A stretch of DNA of 64,000 nt from Lingula anatina (Eukaryota > Animalia > Brachiopoda), in assembly GCA_051362555.1 (NCBI GenBank), contig CM120648.1:19464587-19528586 (forward strand). The letters are read 5' to 3'. Positions 26,614 through 39,390 of this stretch are shown one piece after another. Positions within the stretch are counted from its first letter, which is position 1. Every line of letters begins with the position of its first letter. Made by a program: the position numbers and the translations under genes. The notes under the pieces are model-generated. The model did not search any database. It saw nothing but the letters and a program-made list of their open reading frames with translations, and had not been told where the DNA came from.

Positions 26614-28091
26614 CTAAAAAACAAGCCAGAAACAGGCAATAAAATTTCGTGTTCGCCATTTGTTATTCAGCTGACGTAAAATGCATATTCTGTATGTTAA
26701 AAACAGAATGGTGATACACACACAGTCTATGTGGATCCAGCGGTAATCATATCACATTGTTATCCATGCCTAGTGCGATTTAATAATACAAATATACATC
26801 TGCTGATAGTCACATATCATGGTTAAGGGGTAATCTCAGTAGCATATCTTCTGGCTTGCAATTTTTGTCCTATACAGCAGTTTTGAATTACACCAGCTTC
26901 GCATTCATTAAGGCGTAAGAATGTCCTCGTGTTTTGAATCGTGTTGAGTGCAGTGCCATATTTCACGTCGTATCCAAGCCTGTTCGCGGGAGTGTTAAAG
27001 CGTGATGATGTGATTGACGATATAGCAAGATTAGATAATTCGTTATCTGTTGGTGGGGATTTAGATCATTGGAATGCATAGGAATGTGTGTGTGCGTGTG
27101 CGTAAGTACCTTTTATATAGAGCAAAAGCCTCTTATGGTTGACGTTATATATTACACCATGATTATATAATATCATATTTGGCTTTAAAAAGCGGACAGG
27201 AACCTTACACCAGCCTCATTTTGACTGATGTGGATAAATGGAGTAGGGGTGTCAATCCCCCCAAACTCACACCCCTCCCTCCGTGGCTTCTTTGCCTATA
27301 CATGTATATACATGACTCATGGAATCCGGGGACCTTGCTTTCGCTAGGGGCAGATTTTTTGGAATGTCTTAGGGCCAAATGTGCCAATGTTTGCTTTTTA
27401 TATAAATTACTATATATTTTGCCAGTTTTATATTAATTATTCCAGTCTGATTTTGGCTTAATTGTCATTTAACTTTAATCGAACATTAAGAAGTCTACAT
27501 ATGATATATCGACGTAAAACGTGACACAACAAACAAACCTCTTCTTTCACCATTCTAAATAAGGGTGCTAGCTGCATTGATCATAAATAAAATAATTACA
27601 TGTCTATGTGCAAACGGAAAATTTCTGAAATTCAAGGCTCTACTGGAAACGACAGATGCAGGCTGATAATTTCGGTGAGTTCCCAGATGTCTTTTACCTA
27701 CCTGACACTCCAGGGACATGTACTTCAGTTTAATCGTTGACAGCACGTGCTTGGTCAATTCCACATTCAATCTGACTTAGTCCAGGTCCATTGCTGTTCT
27801 TCTTTTCCTGAGGACACTCAGTTATGGAACGCCATCCACGCAAAAAATCAGACTTGCAATTTAATAGCCAAATGACATTCTAACAGCCTACAAGAAATCT
27901 AACAGTGGTCAAAATAATCTAATAGCCAACTCATAAAATTTAACAGTGTTAAAAAATCTAATAGCCAACTCATAAAATTTAACAGCGTTAAAAAATCTTA
28001 CTCCCAACTCATAATCTTACAGCCAACTTCTCAAAACAGCCAAGTCAGCATCTAACGCTAGAGGTCACTGCTGTCAAGGGTTTATCTGTTT

Positions 28092-28358
28092 AGAACTTCA
28101 CGAACTGATAACAATTCAAACGAGAATCCTGAAATTTTCAATTCCTGGCGATTCGTGGGATTCGTGGTCTGTGTGAAAAAGGGGCATCAACGTTTTTGCC
28201 ACCAATTCCTGTTGGTCAAGAAGTGCAAGAACTGACTACGAATATATACGAATCTGTTAAGAACTTCACGAACTGATTACGATTCAACCACGAATCGTGA
28301 AATTTGTCAATTCATGGTCATTCGTGGATTCGTGGTCTGTGTGAAATAGGGGCATTAC
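28092..28358. repeat. Two direct copies of a transposon-end-like sequence
   Basis: agaacttcacgaactgat...gattcgtggtctgtgtgaaa.aggggcat at about 28092-28188 and 28260-28357. Confidence 0.7.
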
Positions 28359-29917
28359 CATTGCAGCAGTTCTGTGTCATCCAGTTATCTCAACAAACGC
28401 AATGAACGGGGTGACGGTTGGAAAGTCCCATGTTGATTTAATTGAACAGTTAGTTATCATCTGTGAAAATAATGACACTACTGAATATCAAAACTAGAAA
28501 ATACACCACACTCAAACACAGTGACAGTTTGATTTTGATATTGTTTATACATGTAGATTTGAAATCTTACTAATGTGATTTTACTTTGCTTACATAATCA
28601 ATGGGGCATTAAATTATTTTCAACATTGGAGTGTCATTGGTTAATGTTCGATTCGATTCAAAACGTCTGGTTTATCAAAACACATATTGAGACAACGTAT
28701 TATAATATTCTCACAGCCCGAATTGTTTTGAAACATGTGCAGTTTTCTTAATTTTATTAGTTTTTTTCGAAGCGCTTTGTAAGATATTGCTAAATGCTAA
28801 GATGGTAAAGTAGACACTCACTGCAAATGCTTTTGAAAAAAAATGTTATACTAGAAGTGGGACTTTCCTGTATGATGATTTTGGCCCAGAGTCAACCCTA
28901 CCCTAAGTGAAAAGTAAAGTGAAACGTCATCAGTTAGCATTTGATGTGGATTGTTTACTTTTACTTCTGCATTTTTACCATTCGTTTATAGAAGCTGGAG
29001 TGAACGCATCACCCCTCATTACGCCCCGACCTAAGAGATAATGCTACTAGACCTTGAAATGTTTCTAAGGGGGAAATGCGTTTGACCAGCTGTCCACCTA
29101 CTGGCTCAGCGATATGGTAACTTTGAAAACATTTCCGATTATGGAACTGTAGTCTTACAGGCACTTGATTCAAGCATCTATCCTCACCCATATATTATAT
29201 CAATTTTAACTATAACTGATAATCTGTGTTTCCCCGTTTTAATCTTACTTCTATGCAAGATCAATATTTGCAATTACTTTGCGAGGATTTGTGTTGTTGA
29301 ACTGAACACATATTTATGCACGACTCTTATGTATCTCGCTAAAATTCCGTACTCCATTTGAAAGAAGGTCCTGGCTGTACCAGTGAAATGGACCGCTGGA
29401 TATGAAAAGAACATTAATTCTCCTGTTTGTGTTATTCTATCTTCCACTATAATCGTTAGTAAGAGATCACTGGTTCCCTTTATTCTCATGCAGTGAAATG
29501 CCCACACATCAATGTTTTCTCAACCACATGGGACCACAGAAAGTTTTTTCACTAGATTTTTATCTGGCTAAATGAATATACTTTCTGTATTGCGTTTCAC
29601 CCTGCCGGTATGGATTATGTATGTACCCCGTATTTTAGGACAGAAAATTGATCTGGATGTTTTAAAAGGGCGAATGAATTACAGCAGATACATTATTGAT
29701 ACAAAACAAAACAGGCAGAGGCAAAGAGAAACTTATATGTTTCCTTGCTCACGGCTGGTCACTCTCCAGATCTGGTTTCTATCACCCTTATGGCCGCCTG
29801 GTGCAACGCATGCACTATTAGATAACTCTAAAACTCTAAAAATATGAATTAGGTATGACTTCTTTGTCTTTTCAGCCAGGTAAAGATATGCAGGCTATGA
29901 TTTCATTTTCTGTTTAC

Positions 29918-29986
29918 CTGTAGACGGGGATAAAAAGAAAGTTAATATATATAACCAAGATACACTGATCAGGACATGGGTATTTT
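29918..29986 (-). pseudogene. Signal-peptide exon of the mucin-EGF-FN3-TM gene (start codon lost)
   Basis: NTHVLISVSWLYILTFFLSPSTG with a phase-1 donor GTAAAC matching the phase-1 acceptor at 26613. The paralog at 13.2 kb retains the ATG that is mutated here. Confidence 0.65.
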
Positions 29987-31384
29987 ATTGACCACAGAGC
30001 TGGGTGCAGTGATGCTCTTTGGAGAGAACGCACCGTGACAGATTAAATCTGTCTACGCTTATGGATGCAGAATGACATTGTGACAGTCGGTGAATGTCGA
30101 ACATAACACTCTATCAACAGAGCAATAAATTCAAAGATGTTTTGGCATATAACTTGCTAGGGTGGTTTTGTATCATGTTACATGAAAGAAAGAACCTCAA
30201 TTTCACAGAAAACACCCCTAAAACAGAATAAAGAGTATATCGCAACGGTAGCATAAGATCTCTGGGTATGCAAGGCATCTAGTGCGCAATAGACCTGTAT
30301 TCAACATTTCATTAATTTTTCTGTAATTTTCCACATCTTCCTTTAAACCACCAAGAGACAAATTTACTTGTTTTGTGTTAATTGCTTACGTCTATATTAA
30401 TATTATCATTTTATGATGAAATACTACGCCTTAAAGCTTAATCAGGCTTTGTGAATAAATAAGTAATTATCTCCAGCTTTAACCCACTTTAACATATCTA
30501 AGAAATGCACAGTATAACATATACATGAGGTAACTTGTTCTCTCCTTAACGCCTTAACAGCGGCAGTTGGGAAGTTTCCTCCACATATTTTCACACAAAG
30601 CAAAGCAAATACCTGCGTGTTTTTCTTCTCACCTGAGCGTAGGCCAGAGGGTTGATAAACACAATTCGTACAATTGCGTTAACAATATCACTTGCTGAAT
30701 ATTCTTTATGACCTGCTGGCTGCTTTTTAAGTCAGCTAAAATGGGATTTCAATACGTTTTACTTTTGATAATGTGGAAATAAACGTGGCTGTTTTACAAG
30801 ATATGGCAACAGGATAAATTAGTGTATGCGAATCCAAGCCCCCCCCCCCCCCCCCCCCCCGGGGGTTCGGGCCCGGTGCTATTTGTCACGGTTTAGCATT
30901 AGTAAAAATTCTAATTTCAAGTGGGAGGCAGGGGGGCTATTGGTCTTTTTTTTTTCAGAAACAGAATGGGGGTGTTAGGACCCCCCTCCCCGTCGGCATC
31001 GACACCCCTCCCCTATATCCGCCACTGTTCAACACAAACAACTGTACGTACCAAGACTATATGACCTACGTACATTTAAGATCACTAGCAGCATGTATGA
31101 TTGGTTCAGTGCTTGTCCATCCTTGGTGTGCGGTGTTTAACCTTTGTAGTTTGACAGTACCCTTGGCAAGACACAAGCACGGTTTGATGACGCTTTCTTG
31201 TGGCTGATCACAGCGTCTTAATTTTCAGTATATAACATGCAGGTCAATTGTTCAACGCGCTTTAATAACTTTCAATGGTCTGCGTTTATTTAGAACGTAA
31301 TTTTATATTTATGAAAATCTTTATTTACACTCACATATTTTAACGAATTCAACTTTTGGGTTTCTATGATTTTATATGAAATTA

Positions 31385-32091
31385 GGGGATACCGGAGCTA
31401 GTTGGATCCAAGGGTAAGCCCCCCCATCAATTTATTAAAAAATAGCTATGGGGTAAAGAAGTTCATCACATCATTTTGTAAAGTGACCGTATCCAATAAT
31501 ACTAAGAAAGTGTCGGTCGTACAGAACTTTTATTTAGGCAGTGAGTCCACATGAAGGAATTTAGCATCTTAAAGTAACTATATTAAAGAGATTATAAAAT
31601 CTATTTTCATAAGCTTTTGCTCGAATGTATATGTATAGGGCATCAAACTGAAGCTCATTGTTTCAAGTTTCACAGAAATATATCATCGTTGTTCATTCTA
31701 GCATCATAAATGGCTACAACCCTTATAAATTTAAATGTGCAACACATTCAGCGTAACAATTTATTTATCAAAGACTCTCAAAAATCAATTTAATAAATTC
31801 AAAATGTATTAAAATATTTTTCAAGGCGTTCAGATGGGATACTTAGTTCATTTTCGTATAGGGCGTCAACTTGCCCCGACCCTGGGGCCAACTTGCCCCC
31901 CCCCCCTGACGTCAAATACGTTTTTTGTCAAATTGTGGGCCATCTGGCATTATATTAATAAATAATGACGTTGCACACATAACTTAGTTCATGGGGCTTA
32001 CTTTGAAACCGTTTTTGTTACTCTAAATCATTCCTAATGGGCTCTACAAGGCCAAAAGTGTCTAACTGGGCCAACTAGCCCAGGTTTCCCC
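31385..32091. mobile_element. TA-flanked non-autonomous TIR element (Tc1/pogo-type MITE)
   Basis: ta-GGGGATACCGGAGCTAGTTGG ... CCAACTAGCCCAGGTTTCCCC-ta. Confidence 0.8.
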
Positions 32092-32095
32092 TATA

Positions 32096-32133
<38 letters not shown>

Positions 32134-32601
32134 ATCTAGCCAACATCCACTCCTTACCAGGACCACAGATTGATTTTTGACACGATATTCACAGGTTATT
32201 CTCTGGGAAAAAGCATATAAATACCAAATGTAGGTATTTATAACGCATCAAACCATCCTCACATTTTTATACCTGTAAGTTGATGGCAGGTATAATTATA
32301 CTGGATTTGACAAGTACTAAGTTAAAAAAAAATATTAACACAGGTGTGTCAGTAATTATGGATGTGTATTTCTATACAAAGCAAGGTACACCTATTTCTA
32401 CAATATTGACCTGAACGTGAGAGTGAACACAATATGATACGTCACCAGACACCGAACAATGGGTATACCTATAAACCAGACATTTGCCAAGGTCAGGTCA
32501 GCGTCAGATAATAAACAGACACCATGTTTCTGTTTTACTTTTAAAGTTTTGGAAGGGAATAGAGGAAGGTTGCGGCTGTGAAGAGCTCAATAAAAGTATG
32601 C

Positions 32602-34139
32602 CAGAAAATCTGGCCTGACATTAACCTACGTTACGGATACACTGAGTGTGTACTAACGCCACTGTGGTCGCTATTAAGCAAAGCTATCGTGCGAGAGGAG
32701 TCAGTTAATTGAACAGCCATTAACACTTAAGTATACAGCAGTGATTATTTTGTGTTGACAAACACCAAAGGTGTCTTAACCATGAAACACAGTTTGTCAT
32801 GTGACAGTAAGCGTCTTTCTGCCTTGGTGTTTGGGTCATTTCAGCCTCGACCTGCCCCCTTGCTGAAACTGATTGTGTGCTGTGTCAATGACACCCGAGA
32901 TGCGATTGAGGTAAAGCTTTATTTATTCTTAAAGGGTTTTTTTAACATGTTATGACTATATCCATAATTGCTAGTCACTGTATTAAGTGCCTTTATTAAT
33001 TTTAGTACTTTTGAATAACAATGTGTATTCTTTTTCAATTGTTCATTTTCAGGACATAGCCCAACAAGTCATTTTGTCCAAATATCTGTTGCCTTTGTTT
33101 GTGCAGATTTTTTTCATTATCTTTTGTTACACCCCAAAAGCTTGCTCCTGAATGGTCATTTTTTGTTGGAATGTTGTAGAATGTGAGAACAGAACTACAC
33201 GAATCACTTCAAATGAAGATGTTATCCCCGGAAAAGACGTTTCAATTCTTAACTTGTGGGTACAGTGAGAGTGAAGAAAAGGACTCCTATGACGTCAGCG
33301 TTTTGTTGGACGGGTTTGAGACAAAGTGGAATATGCATGGAGATTGTCCTAAAAAGGTTAGTATTTATAAGATATATTTTTCAATATTGTGAAACAAAGA
33401 TAAAAACACTTAAACTGTATGTATTGTAATGATCATGGCACACTGTTATGCTATATTATTTTTTCTTAGATAATGATAACAATAGTCATAATAAAAGAAG
33501 ACTAAAAAGACACTTTTTGCATTTTAGATTATGAAGTATGAGAAATTGTTCAAAACCGAAACAGAATACATAAGTTATGCCCTGAGCCCTAAAATGGCAG
33601 ATGAACTTGATGTACTTGATTGCAAGATACACATAAAGCAGGAAGTATCCAAGGATCAGGAAGAGGACATCAAAGTGCTGACATCCACTGAGTTTGACAT
33701 CCACTGGTTTCCAGTAAGTTAGTAGGCAAAATCTGGGTTACTGTAATGTGATAAGACATTATATCATAAGACATTATGTGATTATGTGATAAGACATTAT
33801 ATCATACTTACTGTAACAAAGTACAATAAGTGCATGTTTTGGCTAGGTTCAAACCCAAACGTCATCATCCTTCAGTTATCCCACCTTCAGGTTGAATCTA
33901 GAAAATTGATGAACAAAATGCAAAGTATATGAGAGTGCAAAGTTAGACACGGTATCCGTAATAAAAAGCACTATTTCTAACAGTTCACAGCTGTGAGGTG
34001 ATCATTTTTAAATAAAAGTACATGGGAATGGGGGTGGAACAACCTTTTTGACCAATGTTGTATACCCACAGGGTTTCTTTTATTTAACAGGAGCATGGTC
34101 CTTCCCCACCTGCCATGAAATTGTCAAGTTATGCTGAAG
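32602..34139 (+). pseudogene. ZU5 remnant + UPA-like domain gene fragment (UNC5/UNC5CL-like); exons ~32602-32910, 33180-33356, 33528-33713, 34091-34139
   Basis: Phase-0 GT-AG exons joining to KRLSALVFGSFQPRPAPLLKLIVCCVNDTRDAIE/NVRTELHESLQMKMLSPEKTFQF, resembling UNC5 UPA (KRLKL..FAP...IRVYCL.DT.DAL.EV). The upstream part has stops (TGA, TAA near 32709-32730). Confidence 0.6.
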
Positions 34140-34379
34140 GTAACATGGAGCTTTACACTCTTGTAAATTTGAATTATTAAAATTAAAATTATCAAATAAT
34201 TGATTTTCTGCATTAGTCTGATGTTGTTGGAAAAATCCACAATACCTTGGTTTTATTACAGTTGGATTTTGTGCTGTTTAATTTTTTGTTATTTTGCTCC
34301 AGTTTGCTATATTTTTATGTACAGACACATTGTGTCTGTACATACCGCCAAACCTCTTTAAATGCCGATGTAACAAACA

Positions 34380-35540
34380 ACATTTATTTCTCCTCCATCC
34401 CAGTGTACCACAAACTTGCATAGTCCCATTCATAACAAAAGAGAAGGCTACAAAGACTATTGGTTGTTTGTGATTTGTCCAAAGAAGGCCGCTTTTATTA
34501 TATAAACTCACTATCCTAAAAAATTTGACAATAATAACAATGTAGCAAATTGTTGCCTGCATTAATGTTATGGCCTTAGGGATAAAAATTAAATATGAAA
34601 TATTAAATAAGACTCATCATCCTAATAATTATGATGTGACGAGTCAGCAAAAGTTATTATTTTTCAAACAATTTTGCACAAATTTCGTTTGTGGGGTTGG
34701 AAAGAGGCCATAACCTTGACTGGTGCCCAAGCGCACTGGGCAAGGAAGACCCAGCAGAGGAAAACAACGCAGAGGGCTGGAACATAAACACACAACCTGA
34801 TGTTGAGATCGGGAATATATAGACACATACTCACCACTTACCATATACACATACTTACCACTTACCCCGACGACGCGGAGAGGAATATAAAGACACAAAA
34901 CATGCCACTCACCCCGACGTAGTGGGGGGGGGGGGAACAAAAATGTTACAAAAATAAGGCATGACAAATTATGCCACTCAACCTGAGAAACAGCCGAGAA
35001 TTAATAAGGCCCTACAGCTTTGTATAAGTAACTGGCTTGCGCTGCAAGTAATTACCCCGCGAGATATTAGGGCACAGACCTAATCATAAGAAACCGTAAA
35101 TAGAAAATAGAATTTAGAAAATAGAATTCCCATGTGAATGAAGCCTAATAGTCGGCAGATGTATGGCTACTCCCTGCTTGAACTTGTACAGAATATTTTG
35201 CTGTCATAATATGTTGTAAACGAGCCAGAACGCTTTGAAATGTCAATTGAACTGCTGGAAAGGTCTCATGGAAGGAAAAGCGAATGAAATTTTCCAAACT
35301 GAAGATTTAAGTTGAGGGTTGGAGATAACTTGTAGCTTAAATGTATCATGTGGGTCAACATAATGAATCGAGCGAAAAATGGGTCAGGCAGTGACGCCCC
35401 ATGGTATAAGAAGCAGCATGTGCCTCAGTTGGGACCACCACTCTAGGTAGAATTGAGCATGTAGAATGTGCACGTGTGCAAATAAGCTCTGGAGATTGTT
35501 GTCGCCATAAAATCTCGTTTGACTACGCCAAACTTTCCTT
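34380..35540 (-). repeat. Dispersed repeat (copy of 5979-6555) with ~580 bp extra internal sequence
   Basis: Two halves match 5979-6555 in reverse complement, separated by unrelated sequence at 34700-35285. Confidence 0.8.
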
Positions 35541-35984
35541 TCTATAGTTCGTGTTTGTACATATAGTCATCACCTGCATGTGTCGACACCAACGCCATCA
35601 TTGCTGTCACCGTCATCATTATGCTCTTACACCAATAACACAACAAGGTAATGCAGGTCTTTTTCGGAAATCAGCATGACCGGGCTAATTTTTCTGAAAA
35701 GTAATGCTTTTTTTCAGCATACTTGCAACACTGATAACATGATAAGCAAAAAAATGTTTTATCTTTTGGCTTGAAACTTAAAGAACTGATGAATATGAAT
35801 AAAATGCAGGTCGAGTTAAAATCAGCATGATTTTGGTCTATTTTTTTAAAGTTATGCAGTTTATTTTTTTCTCACTTTCAGCAAAGCTGCAACACATTTA
35901 ATCAAGAAAAACGAACTTGCCTATTGTATTGAAATTCACAGAAGCGATCAGTCTTACTTAAATACAGGTCGAGTTTGAAAATGA

Positions 35985-36900
35985 ACTTTTTATTTATTTA
36001 TATATTTATTTATTTATTTTATTCACGAAAATTAACACAGAACATTTACAACACAATGAGAGACAAAGACACCTTCAACACGTCATTCGCACACTGAAAA
36101 AAAAGGTTCTTTACAAATGCTGATTAAAAATACATGTAGAATTTTAATAAAAGAATCTTAGTAGGCCTAGGCAATGACAAATGTTCTTTTCCATTCATAG
36201 AAATATTTTTCTATACTTTCCCATTTTTATCTCAGGTCGACTGCCTTTTGAGGACCCAGTAGGTATAGAGACCGTACATCTATTTTCTTTTGCTTTTCCA
36301 AATCCTTTTTGCAGGCATTCCAGAAATATTTCTTTATATGAAGAAATAGTAGTTTAATACCTGTCGTCCAGGATTCCAAATACCGGTATAAGCAGGCAAG
36401 GTGTTCTAATTTAACAGAGTACTGTGGTCGTATGTTCTGAATGAAACAATTCCAAAAGTTTGAAAATCAATTTGATCAGACCATTTTTTACCATATTCAA
36501 ATATCTAGGATGACCAATAAGCCTATTGTTTTGAAAATCACTGGAGTAATCAGTCATATTTTCGTTGAAATGCTGAACTCTCCAAATGTCAACCCAATCA
36601 AATATGTGCATCAATTCAAAAACTTTATCTCTAGCTTTAGGATTATTCATATGTTTGTGATTAAAAGTGTCTCTTTTTGGGTCCATAACCATGTTTCAGT
36701 CTCCACATAGTATTACCAAATTGATCTATAATATCGTGCACTTTATCATAAAATTCTGGGGAACCTTGCCCACTTTATTGATAGTTAGACGAAAAGCCAG
36801 TAAGATTCCTGCTTCATCTGTTTCTATTGATTTTACCTTAAATTCAAAATTGTTATTCAAGGGTATCGCTACACTTCTTGATTGGCTACCGTTATCAAAA
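35985..36900 (-). mobile_element. L1/Tx1-type LINE debris: endonuclease fragment plus 3' end
   Basis: VMDPKRDTFNHKHMNNPKARDKVFELMHIFDWVDIWR (post-GDFN APE region), a KW..Y..IF-like ORF2 tail near 36200, and an A-rich tail at about 35990-36020. Confidence 0.7.
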
Positions 36901-37352
36901 AAGAGGTAAAAACATATTTTGAGTTAATATTGGAGGATATTATAGAACATGGAAATTTGACAATTCTCTATTGTTTGAACAAGAATATCCAGTAATTATG
37001 AAACAATCATTAAATATGCGGCAATAACATATAATAGAGCAGCCATCACACAAGTTAATTAAAACGAACTTCAGTTTGTGATCAGTAATAATCTTTTCTT
37101 AGAAATTATATTAATCAAATGAAAATACGTGGAAAATCCATTGCATTTGCCTTAAAGAAAAAAAAAAAAAAAAGAATGAAATAGAAAGAATAAGAATAGT
37201 GATAAAGAAGAAAAATAATTCAAAGATCAAATAGGAAATTTGGAAAACATAGTGAACAATTTGCGTGATGATATAACTAGGCAAGAACTGATAAAAAAAA
37301 ATTAGAACATTAAACAATGAATTATATTAGATGAATTCAAGAGGGGGAAGGC

Positions 37353-37450
<98 letters not shown>

Positions 37451-38063
37451 TTTTTACAGTGGTAAATAGAACTTTCGTTAACAAGTCTATAGATAAGATA
37501 CACAAAGATGATGGTGACGTGGACACAAATCAGAATGATATTATGCAAGAAGCAAACAAAAAAATATTATGAATATATTTTTTACAAAAAAAAGGACAGA
37601 TGATGTTAATCCGAAAGATTAGTTAAGATCCTATGAAATGCCTAAGATGGATACTACCACATGCTTGAAGGGAAAATCACAGATGATGAATTACTACCAT
37701 ATGCTTGTCTATATAAAATGTTCAGGTTACCCCATGTTCACTGACAAATACCTCGCAGACGTAGTTATGTGAGATGTCTATATAAGATGATTACAACATA
37801 TATTCAGGTACCACATTTTTTTTTTTTTTTTCAAAACAAAAAATAGGAAAACAACAATTAAAATAATTAACGTCTTCACATGCACAACACATGTGACTGC
37901 TAAAACTACAAACTCATGAGCGGTAATTAAATTGAATTAAGGTTATTTATCTCATGAAACGGACATTTTTTTGAGAAATGGCATTTGGTTTATAGATCAC
38001 TTATTGTCAGAATTTTTAATGCTGACTAGTGCAAAGTATTTTTCACATTGTTTATATATATAT

Positions 38064-38712
38064 ACACTCTTGCCCAAAATGGTTGGTACACAGTAATTTT
38101 GGGATGCATATAGCCCTGTTTCTTTCATTATTATTGATATTATCAAATGAATACTTTTTATATTGTTAAATATGTGAAGCTGGAAGATTGGTAATGTCAA
38201 GGAGAAGCAACCAATGCAAATGTGAAAAAAGCGTTAATTTATTTAGGTTTTTTTTTTCTCATGCCCCAAAAAAGATTGCTTTTTTTACATAACAGTACCA
38301 AGTGAAAAATTAAACATACATTTATACTGTGATTGACAATTAATATGAAATGAGGGGAAATTATCAAGAAGCATCTTCAGAGTTCATTTTTAATCTAAAT
38401 AGCGGGTATGCCCACCCTAGCTTGGATAATGGCCGCCAGACGGCGTGGCATACTGTAAACTAGAATTTCAGTTCTTTGGAGAGGAATTCTGGTCCATTCA
38501 TCTTGATGGACATCTCGCAGTTCATCTAGATTTGCAGGGGGAGGGTTTCTCCTCTGAATAGCACGACCAAGTTCGTCCCACATGTGCTCAAATGGGTTTG
38601 CATCTGGGCTTCTTGCTGGCTGTGGCATCAGCTGAATGTTGTTTTGTCATGTTTAATTTTTCACTTGGTTCTGTTATGTAAAAATAGTACCCTTTGGAGG
38701 GCTTGAGAAAAA
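38064..38712 (-). mobile_element. Tc1-like transposon fragment (transposase C-terminus plus right end)
   Basis: PARSPDANPFEHMWDELGR...SMPRRLAAIIQARVG; TA-adjacent end cactcttgcccaaaatggttggtacac; inverted repeat 38255-38320 / 38648-38712. Confidence 0.85.
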
Positions 38713-38862
38713 TATTATATTATGTATGCTAGTAATCTGTGCAAATACAATTCAAAAGTTCTATATACTCTGATTAACAAAGACCAGAATGATTTTATGC
38801 CAGAAAGATTTCTAGGGGGAAATACAAGGGTTGTTTCTGACATTACAGAACACTGAGTCTTT

Positions 38863-38902
<40 letters not shown>

Positions 38903-39122
38903 GGAACTTGCAATACAAATAGATCTCATGAATGTATTTGATTCTTAGGAATGGTACTTTATCTGAAAGACACTTGATTTTTTTTTTGTTTTTGGAAAAT
39001 GAATGATTAAATGGGTAAATAATTTTTTTGACAGGTGTACAGTCAAATGAATGTATAAATGAATGAACATTCTTCTTCCTTTTTTAAAGTATCGCCAGGC
39101 TGTCGCCAAGGTGATCCCCTCT

Positions 39123-39166
<44 letters not shown>

Positions 39167-39390
39167 GGAACTTGCAATACAAATAGATCTCATGAATGTA
39201 TTTGATTCTTAGGAATGGTACTTTATCTGAAAGACACTTGATTTTTTTTTTTTTTGTTTTTGGAAAATGAATGATTAAATGGGTAAATAATTTTTTTGAC
39301 AGGTGTACAGTCAAATGAATGTATAAATGAATGAACATTCTTCTTCCTTTTTTAAAGTATCGCCAGGCTGTCGCCAAGGTGATCCCCTCT
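38863..39390. repeat. Recent tandem duplication (~260 bp x2), each copy headed by ~37-42 A
   Basis: polyA-cggaacttgcaatac...gtcgccaaggtgatcccct occurs twice, differing mainly in homopolymer lengths. Confidence 0.9.

Noticed and set aside
37302-37548. IY-repeat ORFs
   Set aside because: Translation of a (TA)n microsatellite.
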